Assembly (NCBI GenBank): GCA_963814275.1
Contig: CAWFCE010000001.1
Coordinates: forward strand, 3,307 to 67,306
DNA from: Candidatus Parcubacteria bacterium
GTDB lineage: Bacteria > Patescibacteriota > Patescibacteriia > Patescibacteriales > UBA12075
Direction: 5' to 3'
DNA: 64,000 bases
The notes beneath the pieces are model-generated. The model had not been told where the DNA came from. It was given only the letters and a program-made list of their open reading frames with translations, and did no database searches. This document shows, one piece after another, positions 1 through 9,100 of the stretch. Within the stretch, counting starts at the first letter, position 1; each line of letters starts with the position of its first letter. The position numbers and the translations under genes were made by a program.

Positions 1-134
1 GGAGAAAAGCCGTTGTAATCTAGCGATTCCTCCCCTTACGAAGGGGAGGTGCCCCGCACGCTGCGGGGCGGAGGGGTAGGGGCGAGGGAACAGGGTAGCG
101 GGTGTGGCCGGAGGGATCAAACACGAATAAAAAT
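1..134. repeat. GC-rich nested-hairpin element, partial at window edge (leader of a DUF559 gene copy)
   Basis: Positions 1-78 are the reverse complement of about 19715-19792. The element contains perfect short hairpins CTCCCCTT-ACG-AAGGGGAG and CCCCGCA-CGC-TGCGGGG. Positions ~93-134 match the leader (~19857-19898) of the intact DUF559 gene. Confidence 0.7.
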
Positions 135-239
135 ATGACGATTATATACAATCAAGCCAAATACCGGCTATATAGAAAGATACTGAGGAAGAACGGTACG
201 GTAGCGGAACGGAATAATCAGGAAAATATTTGGATGTGA
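135..239 (+). pseudogene. Chimeric remnant: first ~26 codons of a DUF559 gene fused to the last ~8 codons of a RayT-like transposase gene
   Basis: The remnant reads MTIIYNQAKYRLYRK.LRKNGTVAE, matching 19899-19975. From ~210 it switches to ..NNQENIWM*, matching the RayT 3' end at 27577-27606. Confidence 0.75.
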
Positions 240-537
240 AAATAAATTATCAATATTCAATTATCAATGATCAATCAATTATCAATTAACCAATTAACTA
301 ATGATGTTAAAAATAGCCAATTAGATGATTAAATAATTAATTGGGTTACTGCTTGCCCGCCGAAGTATTAACGCAGGCGGGGGTTACTGAAAACTGATAA
401 TTAAAATTGTGATTATAACCGAAAACAATGAAATATATTGATAAAAAATCAATAAAAACCATCTTAGCAGCCGTCTTCACTCTCGCAATCCTAGCCGTTG
501 GGGCTTTGTGGTATTTTCACCATGGTAACGTGAAGGG
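210..537. repeat. Segmental duplication of 27577-27904 (RayT 3' end, AT-rich hairpin spacer, first 110 nt of a LamG paralog)
   Basis: The alignment has a constant offset of 27367 with no indels. I see only 2 mismatches (216, 281). Identity collapses abruptly after 537/27904. Confidence 0.9.
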
Positions 538-3500
538 AGTACAAGCGGGTTGGTGGGATGACAGCTGGAGTTACCGCAAAGCGATCGTGATCAATCACAG
601 CTACGTAACAGGTGATTTGGAGAATTTTCCAGTACTCATTAGTTTGACAGACACCTCCCTCGGCAGCCACGCCCAGGTGGACGGCGATGATATCATCTTT
701 ATTTCCGACAACGGCCAGAAATTCTCGCACGAGATCGAAGCCTTCGCCACTTCGACCGGCGTGCTGGTGGCCTGGGTGAAGGTACCGCAATTATCCAGTA
801 CCGTCGATACGCCGATCTATATGTATTATGGAAACGCGGGAGCGGGGAATCAGGAGGATGTAGCGAATGTATGGGATGAGAATTACAAAGGAGTTTGGCA
901 TTTGCGCGACAGTTCAACCGCGTCGACTTCGGAGAGCACGGGACGGGCCGTACCGTTGCAGGTGATGACCGGAAACGAATCGACCGGAACAGGCAAGGAC
1001 GACGGAGCGATGCTGGTCAATGCCAACGGCGAAGGTATGTATTACGATGGGGATTATCATATAAATTCCCAGGGTAGCATCGGCTTTTGGTATAAGGAAA
1101 CCGTAAATTGCACTACGTATAATAATTTCTTTTCCGACAACGACGATGGCTATCAATTCAGCCTGATGAGAAACGCTGACGGCGGAGCGGGCGACCAGCA
1201 TCTTATCTTCTATGTCAATGGAGATGCTGCATATTTCGATACCGCGCCTAATGTATTCAATGGAGGATGGCATTACATAAACGTAACCTGGGACGATGCC
1301 GCCAACCAGAGGAAGATCTTCGTTGACGGCTCTCAGCAGGATTCCGATACTTCTTCGTTTTCACTGGGAACCCAGGGCGAGATACTGTTGATCGGCCAGG
1401 GCGATGATTGGTGGTGGACGCCGATAGATGGTTATTTGGATGAATTTCGAATATCGTCGGAAGCGCGTTCAAATGAATGGTTTGCCGCTGAATATGCGAA
1501 CCAGAATGATCCGTCACATTTCTTTTCTATACAGTCCGAGGAGACCGGGCCGGGGCCGGTTGGGTACTGGTCCTTCGATGAAGGCCGGGGGCAGACCGCG
1601 CATGATGAAAGCGGACAAGGAAACGACGGCAGCCTGGGAGAGTCGGCTGCCAGCGGTCCCCAGGACCCCCAATGGCAGGACGCGAGCCAATGCGTCAGCG
1701 GCAATTGCTTGTGGTTCGACGGCGCGGACAACGTAGTGACCCTGGGCACCCCGGCTTCTTTGGGCAATCTGGACGAGAAGACAATTACCGCCTGGTTCCG
1801 CTTCAACGGCAGCGGCGGTGGAGGCTATGGCCGGATAATCCAAAAAGAGGATGAGGCCATCGGCGGCTGGGGGCTGTATTTGGACGGAAATAATCATGAT
1901 CTTATATATTTCCATGTATTCGACAGCACTGTCGGTATCTGGCATACGCCCGTAAATTCCGTCACGGCCACCAGTACCTGGTATTTCGTCGCTCTTACCT
2001 ACGACCGGACCGATGCCGGGAACGATCCGGTGATCTACCTGAACGGCGTAGCGCAATCGGTCGTCAGACAGCAGGCGCCTGAAGGAAGCGCCAAGGATGA
2101 CCTGGCCCAGCCGGCCTACATCGGCAACCGCTACAATTCGGGCAATTATGACCGGGCATTTGACGGCAATCTCGACGAAGTCAAGATCTACCCCTACTCC
2201 CGCACGGCGGATCAGATCCGGCAGGACTACGCCGCCGGCCTGGCTGGGATCAAGTCCAATTCTGGTGTGACCGCCAGCTTCGGCTCCCGCTCCGACTCGT
2301 GGATGAGCGACGGGCTGGTCGGGTATTGGAAATTCGATGAACCGGTAGGGTCATATGATGATGACAACGGCTATGAAGACGCAATCGATTCTTCCGGCAA
2401 CGGTCGAACCGGCGACGCAAACGGAAATGCCGACGTATCTGACGGGAAGTTCGGCAACGGCGCCGCTTTCGACGGCACTACAGATTATTTAAGTTATGCC
2501 ACGAACGATTTCGGAAATATATTTACAATTAGCGTATGGGCGAAACCGGGTAATGTTTCCAATATTGAAACCATTATTGCTAATACGGTCGGCGGGGGAT
2601 CGAATGACGGTTTTAAGCTATATATCAACCATTATTTGACGAATAACAGAGCGATCGAATTCGAGACGGGAAACGGAGGCGATGTGTCTACTAGTCTCAC
2701 AGAAGACGGGACGATCGGGTTTTCCCAATGGAACCATATCGTGGTTGTAGTTAACGAAATACTCGGTAAAGCGGCAATTTATGTTAACGGCATAGATCAG
2801 ACGAAAGATAGTGATATTTTAACAGATTTTAAAACCAGCGGTACCTGGCGAATCGGCTCATTTATGGACAATCAGTATTCATTCAACGGCAAAATCGACG
2901 AAGTCCGCATCTACAACCGCGCCCTGTCCGCGGACGAGGTGAAGAAATTATACGACTGGGCGCCGGGGCCGGTGGCGTGGTGGAAGTTCGACGAGAAGAG
3001 CGGAACGACCGCCTACGACTCGATCGCTTCAACGACATACTCGGGCGGTAACCACGGGACACTCGGCACTACGACTGCCAGCCAGCCGGCCTGGACACAG
3101 GGAGAATACGGCGGAGCGCTCAGATTTGACGGCAGTGACGATTTTATAGAATTGCCCGCAAAAGACGATTTGAATATAGCCGGCGCGATAACGATTTCCG
3201 CTTGGGTAAAAACCACGTCAGCGATAGCCGGGATCTTCGGCGGGCATTATTACACTGATCCTTTTAACGGTTATAGCATCTTTATCGGCGGCGGCGGGGT
3301 TTCTGACGGTAAAATCACCTTTTGGAGCTCTGCATACGGTTCGTGGGTGGCCTCCGACTCTACAGTCAATGACGGCAACTGGCACCATGTGGCCGTTGCT
3401 GTCTCCGGTTCAAGCGCGACATTTTATCGCGACGGCGTGAGCAATGGCACAAAAACTTCAGCACAACCGGATTCGTATTCCGGCATCAGGGCAATAGGCG

Positions 3501-5128
3501 CCAGATCGGACGGTGCATATCCTCTCGACGGTCTGATCGACGATGTCAAGATCTACAACTACGCCCGCACCCAGAAGCAGATTTTGGAAGATATGTCCGC
3601 CCGAGGCGGATCCGCCTCGGGCGGAGGCGCTTTAAATTTTCCCGTCCTCCACCTGACCTTCGACGAGGGCTACGGCGATACGGCTTTTGATTCTTCGATA
3701 TTCGGGAATAACGGCACGCTCAATGCCGGCGGGTCCGGGGATAATGACACGACGGCTAAAATGTGGGATTTGAACGGCAAATTCGGGAGGGCGATGGAGT
3801 TCGATGGGGTGAACGATCGTGTGGTCGTCGCACATGATACGGCCTTCGATATTACGTCGGATATCACCTTATCCGCATGGGTCAAACGAGATACTATTAA
3901 CGGCACTTACGACTCGATCATCGGCAAACATAACAATTCGGTATGGGATTATAACCTTTTCATATGCGGCACGGGATCTTCGTGCTACCCTGCCCATGAC
4001 GATCAATTGGTCTTTGAATCGGATGCGACCGATAAGCTTTACTCGACCGAGGCGATCACCGATAACGATTGGCATTTGGCGAGTTTCACCAGATCGGGAG
4101 ATGAGTATACCTTCTATATCGACGGCGTCCCGGCCGGCGGAGGGACGAACGGAACCGCATTTGATGCCGATAGTTATTCGATATATATCGGCACGGATGT
4201 TACGACGGTTACGGACACGTACTTTGACGGCCTGATGGACGAGATCTATGTATACAATTACGCCCTTTCTGAGGACGAGATAAAAAAGCTTTATAACGGT
4301 GGTATGGCTGCGGTTATGGGGGCACCCTCGACCCCTTCGGCAAGCTCAGGGCAGGCTGCCACTTCCAGTTTTTCCAAAAGTATAGAATATTGTGTACCTG
4401 GCAGCCTGGACTACTGCGCGCCGCCGGTCGGGGAATGGAAGTTCGATAAGAAGAGCGGGACCACGACTTATGATACTTCCGGGAACGGGAACGACGGTTA
4501 TTTCGTTTCCGCGGATACGAGCCCCGTACACCGCGGCGCCAACTACTGCCATGCCGGCGCCTGCCTGCAGTTTGACGGGAGTGACGACACTGTCTACACC
4601 GCGGATTCCAGCCTGCTTCATATGAATAATTCCGGGTCCATAACTTTTTCAGCCTGGATAAATACCGGCGGATATCTTTATTCTTCAGACGGGCAGGATA
4701 TAATCCGCTACGATGATGATGACAGCGGGGATGGCGATAGTCCGAACGATAGAAATCTGTATTTATTGAGAATCTACCACCCTTCCGATAAAATTGAATT
4801 TACATACGGGCCGTCTTCCGGGTTGTCTTCGATAAATTCGAATGCCACAATCAGCAGCAACCGATGGTATCACGTCGAAGTTACCAGAGACACGGGGAAT
4901 GATACGGAAAATATTTATATTAATGGCATATTGGATAATAGCGAGACCGATACCACAACCGGGTCTTGGGAAACGACCGGACAATATATGAAAATAGGGG
5001 CGTTCTGGGATGGCGGCAGTGATTATGAATTTTTTCACGGCCTGATCGACGACGTGCGTGTCTACAACTACGCTCGCACCCCGGCGCAGATCGCCTGGGA
5101 CTATAACCGGGGCGCGCCGATCGCCTAG
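428..5128 (+). CDS. DUF2341 + multi-LamG (Laminin_G_3) surface protein, paralog 1; ends at a premature TAG before the last module
   Basis: The ORF is 1566 aa. It has an N-terminal Lys-rich segment plus a hydrophobic anchor (ILAAVFTLAILAVGALWYF). The DUF2341 signature is WWDDSWSYRKAIVINH..DGDDIIF..WVKVP..IYMYYGN. Repeated ~200-aa units follow with FDGxxDY..SAWxK..WHH..LYxDG..IDEVRIYN, the LamG pattern. The TAG at 5126-5128 sits where paralogs read Glu/His. Confidence 0.9.
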   Translation: MKYIDKKSIKTILAAVFTLAILAVGALWYFHHGNVKGVQAGWWDDSWSYRKAIVINHSYVTGDLENFPVLISLTDTSLGSHAQVDGDDIIFISDNGQKFSHEIEAFATSTGVLVAWVKVPQLSSTVDTPIYMYYGNAGAGNQEDVANVWDENYKGVWHLRDSSTASTSESTGRAVPLQVMTGNESTGTGKDDGAMLVNANGEGMYYDGDYHINSQGSIGFWYKETVNCTTYNNFFSDNDDGYQFSLMRNADGGAGDQHLIFYVNGDAAYFDTAPNVFNGGWHYINVTWDDAANQRKIFVDGSQQDSDTSSFSLGTQGEILLIGQGDDWWWTPIDGYLDEFRISSEARSNEWFAAEYANQNDPSHFFSIQSEETGPGPVGYWSFDEGRGQTAHDESGQGNDGSLGESAASGPQDPQWQDASQCVSGNCLWFDGADNVVTLGTPASLGNLDEKTITAWFRFNGSGGGGYGRIIQKEDEAIGGWGLYLDGNNHDLIYFHVFDSTVGIWHTPVNSVTATSTWYFVALTYDRTDAGNDPVIYLNGVAQSVVRQQAPEGSAKDDLAQPAYIGNRYNSGNYDRAFDGNLDEVKIYPYSRTADQIRQDYAAGLAGIKSNSGVTASFGSRSDSWMSDGLVGYWKFDEPVGSYDDDNGYEDAIDSSGNGRTGDANGNADVSDGKFGNGAAFDGTTDYLSYATNDFGNIFTISVWAKPGNVSNIETIIANTVGGGSNDGFKLYINHYLTNNRAIEFETGNGGDVSTSLTEDGTIGFSQWNHIVVVVNEILGKAAIYVNGIDQTKDSDILTDFKTSGTWRIGSFMDNQYSFNGKIDEVRIYNRALSADEVKKLYDWAPGPVAWWKFDEKSGTTAYDSIASTTYSGGNHGTLGTTTASQPAWTQGEYGGALRFDGSDDFIELPAKDDLNIAGAITISAWVKTTSAIAGIFGGHYYTDPFNGYSIFIGGGGVSDGKITFWSSAYGSWVASDSTVNDGNWHHVAVAVSGSSATFYRDGVSNGTKTSAQPDSYSGIRAIGARSDGAYPLDGLIDDVKIYNYARTQKQILEDMSARGGSASGGGALNFPVLHLTFDEGYGDTAFDSSIFGNNGTLNAGGSGDNDTTAKMWDLNGKFGRAMEFDGVNDRVVVAHDTAFDITSDITLSAWVKRDTINGTYDSIIGKHNNSVWDYNLFICGTGSSCYPAHDDQLVFESDATDKLYSTEAITDNDWHLASFTRSGDEYTFYIDGVPAGGGTNGTAFDADSYSIYIGTDVTTVTDTYFDGLMDEIYVYNYALSEDEIKKLYNGGMAAVMGAPSTPSASSGQAATSSFSKSIEYCVPGSLDYCAPPVGEWKFDKKSGTTTYDTSGNGNDGYFVSADTSPVHRGANYCHAGACLQFDGSDDTVYTADSSLLHMNNSGSITFSAWINTGGYLYSSDGQDIIRYDDDDSGDGDSPNDRNLYLLRIYHPSDKIEFTYGPSSGLSSINSNATISSNRWYHVEVTRDTGNDTENIYINGILDNSETDTTTGSWETTGQYMKIGAFWDGGSDYEFFHGLIDDVRVYNYARTPAQIAWDYNRGAPIA

Positions 5129-5851
5129 TGGACGTTCGATGAATGCAGTGGCGGCACGATCCATGACTTCGCCCCCGGCGCGGACGGCAAGGCGGCGAAC
5201 GCCAATCCCGGCACAGCTCCACCTCGGTACGACCGGCGTGACCGCCACCGGCACCTGCGCTTCGTCGTCGGACAGTTTCTGGTACAACGGGAAAGATGGG
5301 AAAGTTGGGCATGCGGGGAGTTTTGACGGGATGAGCGATTATATAGATTTAGGCTCAAATCGAGATTTAGAACCTTCAAGTATAACATTTTCATTTTGGA
5401 TAAAAAGAACTACTAGTTGGAATGATGTAAGGTATGGTTTTATTTGGACTAAGGGTAACTCCTGGAATAATAATGGTATTACTATTAGGGTTTATGACCT
5501 TGGCGGACAAAAGAATTTTTGTACTTAGGCTGATGGACTAAATTCATGCCGCGTACTTGCTGAACCGGATGAATATTATCCTTTAAATACTTGGGTACAC
5601 ATGACAATGGTATTTGATACATATAATGATGCAAGTTGGATTTACAAAAATGCCATATCCCAGCCAGTCAATTATTGGAATTCACCGCAAACTCTAAGCA
5701 AGACCAGTAACACCAAATATTTGGGATATAATCAGGCTACGGCGAATACATTAACGGTCTGATCGACGACGTGAAGATATGGAATTATGCTTTAACTCCC
5801 GAGCAAGTGCGTACTGAATATAACGGCGGGGCGGTTAAATTCGGGAATTGA
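5129..5851 (+). pseudogene. Decayed last LamG module and tail of paralog 1
   Basis: Homology to paralog C-terminal modules continues here (WTFDECSGGTIHD.., QLHLGTTGVTATGTCASSSDSFWYNGKDGK, ..GLIDDVKIWNYALTPEQVRTEYNGGAVKFGN*). It is interrupted by TAG 5126, a frameshift at ~5210, TAG 5526 and a frameshift at ~5745. Confidence 0.85.
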
Positions 5852-6025
5852 TGAAGAATTTATAATTTATAATTTATACCTAGTGGCACTTTGTAAGTTG
5901 TAAACAATTTGTAATATCAAATACTAAATTTATAAACGTTTATTAATTAAATATTACAAATTGGAAATTGTTTATAAATTACAAATTACGCCTTACAAAT
6001 TAAAACCATTTTTATATCAATAAAC
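5852..6025. repeat. AT-rich imperfect inverted-repeat spacer (TTTATAAAT/TACAAAT word family)
   Basis: The arms TTGTAAACAATTTGTAA.. and ..ATTGTTTATAAATTACAAATTAC are complementary. The spacer is homologous to 11944-12070, 19242-19368, 19465-19591 and 43279-43439. Confidence 0.8.
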
Positions 6026-6187
6026 ATGGCCAGCATAACTAAAAAACATTTCAAAACCATCTTAATCTCGATCACCGCCCTCACGCTTATTACCGCCGGG
6101 ATTTTGTACTTGTTTACAAGAAAGACGTCCCTGAAGCATCGGCCGGCTGGTGGAACGATTCCTGGTCCTATCGCAAAGCGATCGTGA
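6026..6187 (+). pseudogene. Uncoupled N-terminal signal-anchor exon of paralog 2
   Basis: The ATG at 6026 encodes MASITKKHFKTILISITALTLITAGILY.., like the paralog 3 N-terminus. It runs into a TGA at 6185-6187 because the segment is 1 nt shorter than the in-frame paralog (AAA at 6121-6123 versus AAAA at ~12952). Confidence 0.75.
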
Positions 6188-9100
6188 TCGATCATAGCTA
6201 CGTAACAGGCGATCTGGAGAATTTCCCGGTGCTTATTTCTTTGACTGATGCCAATTTAGGAACCCATGCCCAGACGGACGGGGATGATATTATATTTATT
6301 TCCTCGAACGGCCAGAAATTGTCACATGAAATCGAAAGTTTTGCCACTTCTACCGGGGTGCTGGTGGCTTGGGTGAAGATACCTAGTTTATCCAGTACCA
6401 ACGATACACAAATATTTATGTATTACGGCAATGCGGGCGTCGGCAATCAGGAGGATGCGGCGAACGTCTGGGACGGCGATTACCGGGCGGTCTGGCATTT
6501 GCCCGACTCATCCGCCTCAACCGATGATAGCACGATCAACGGGGTCAACTTGACCAACACCGGCGCCAGCCCAACTGATTCCGGCCGGGCGGCCGGGGCA
6601 ATGGAATTTGACGGCTCCAGCGGATTCCTGAAATTCAGCAATGACGGCCAGATCGGCACCGCCGGTACGATGAGCTTTTGGTACAAGGAAACGACAAACT
6701 GCATCGGCTATGAAGCGTTTTTCGGTATAGAGAATGACGATAACGGATTCGGCCTGGAAAGAAACGGTTCGGATACGCAATTATTCGGATATATCAATAG
6801 CAGTATCGCATTTTACAATACGGCCAATTTATTCGATGGTAATTGGAAATATATTGCCTTCACCTGGAATGATGTGGCAAACCTAAGATCGTTAATCGTG
6901 AATGGCAGTTCACAGGATTCCGACAACAGCTCCTTTTCGATGGGCAACATAAACGTAATTCATATCGGCGATTATTATAACGGCGGCAATCAGATCAAGG
7001 GCATTATGGATGAGATCCGCATCTCTTCGACCATCCGTTCCCAGCAGTGGCTCCAAACCGAATTCAATAACCAGAATTCGCCGGAATCATTCCTCGCTGT
7101 CCAATCCGAAGAGGTCGGGCCCTCACCCATCGGCTATTGGTCCATGGACGAAGGCTACGGCACGACGGTGCATGACGAAAGCGGACAGGGCAATAGCGGC
7201 ACGTTAAGCGGCGGAACTTGGCAGGACGAGAGTATGTGTATTTCCGGCAAATGCTTGTTCTTCGACGGAACAAATGATTACATCAATATCCCGGACGCGG
7301 ATTCTCTTAACGTTACGGAGACTACGATCAGCGCCTGGGTTAAGAGCGCGACCACGACTGCCGGAAAGTACATCATCGGCAAGGATCCGGCCTATGTATA
7401 TAATGGCGTAATCGGAACCGACGCTGACGACGGCGCGATAGACGGATCAGGTGGAATCGGTTACCAATGGGAGCCAAGTGGTGAATCCGGGAACCTCGGT
7501 TATATGGGCGAATATGTGGCGAATAACCGCTATTACGGCTATTTCCGCTTTGTTCTCGACCAGGATATACCTTCCGGCGCAACCATTGATTCGGCGACGA
7601 TCGATATCTATGGTCATGAGCGCTGGCTTTGGGAAGTAGCCAGTGACGCCCTAAGGATATGGGGCCATGACAGCGCAGACGCGCCGCTAGTAAACAATAA
7701 AAACGATTATCCCGGGGATGCGGGCGGGACCACCTTGACAGATGCTTCAACCAGATGGCCTTTGTCCGGCGGCCTGAACTGGAATGACGCGGGCTGGAAC
7801 ACCTCGCCGGACTTCAAAGCTATTATCCAGGAATTGGTGGACGATAACGGCGGTTTGACGGAAAACCACCATATCCAGCTCTGGATCGCCAAAGATGTCC
7901 TGCAGAATACCGGCGAGGAGGTCGGCTATGAGGACTATGCTTACACGGGTAGTCAAAATTTGGCAGAGTTGACGATAAATTTTTCTACTTCAGGCGGTGG
8001 CGCTGGCGCTACGGATGTGCCGTACGCCCTGAGCACGGCCGGCGGCGGGCAGTTCATGACCATGTCAAGCAGTACGATTTATTCCGCTACCTCGACCACG
8101 GATCTGAACGACAACAGATGGCATTACGTGTCCGGGACTTATGACGGCTCCAGAATGAAAATATATATCGATGGCAACCTGGAAACGATCAATTCGAACT
8201 ATACCGGCGACTTGCCTACCAAGGCCGGGGCGCTCCATATCGGGGCCGATTATCAGACCACGCCGGACAATTTCTTCCACGGTTTTATCGATGAAGTGAA
8301 AGTCTATCCCTACGCCCGCACGGCGGATCAAATAAAACAGGACTATGCCGCCGGATTGGCCGGGGTCAAATCGAATAACGGCGTGGCCGCCTCGTTCGGG
8401 TCCAAATCCGATTCCTGGATGACCGATGGGCTGGTCGGGTACTGGAAGTTCGACGAGCCCTCGACCGCCTCAACCTACGAGGATTCCTCCGGCAACGGCA
8501 ATATTGGTACGGCAAACGATAATGCCTCGACCACGGCCGGGAAGTTCGGCAATAGCGCGGTATTTGACGGCGCTAATGATGGCGTATATACAAGCAAAAG
8601 TGTAATTGAACTCAATACCGTAACTACATGTGCCTGGGTTAATCCCGAAACGCCCGGTCAATTCAGTAGCGGCACAATTATCGCTAACGGCAGCTATTAT
8701 CTTTATATGAACACAGACAGCTGGATTATTACCAGCGATGCCAGAACGACCGAAACGTATTTCAATTCGATCGCCCCAGTATTGAATAGTTGGCAGTTTG
8801 TATGCGTTGTAAGACAGGCCGACGGTATCGCATCATTGTATGTGAACGGCGTGCAGTCCGGCGCGAGCCAGTTTACTGGGACGCCAGAGGTAGCTATGTG
8901 GGATGACGCAATAGGTAATCGGGGAGATGATTTATTCTGTTTCGATGGTAAAATCGACGAAGTCCGCATCTACAACCGCGCCTTGTCCGCGGACGAGGTG
9001 AAAAAGCTCTACGAATGGGCGCCCGGGCCGGTGGCGTGGTGGAAGTTCGATGAAAAGAGCGGTACGACCGCCTACGACTCGGCCGCTTCGACGACGTACT

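Noticed and set aside
5126-5128. Stop-codon reassignment or programmed readthrough, to explain in-frame TAG 5126, TAG 5526 and TAA 33198.
   Set aside because: TAG, TGA and TAA each terminate the conserved ..KFG(N/Y)* tail in different paralogs (11941, 19239, 26865, 5849, 41031). The internal stops in paralog 1 are accompanied by frameshifts, so ordinary pseudogenisation or sequencing error is more likely.
5852-6025. Integron-like attC sites, i.e. an imperfect inverted repeat after each ORF.
   Set aside because: No integron integrase or attI is present. The 'cassettes' are 5-6 kb paralogs. The hairpins belong to several unrelated sequence families, and I could not recognise a conserved core site.
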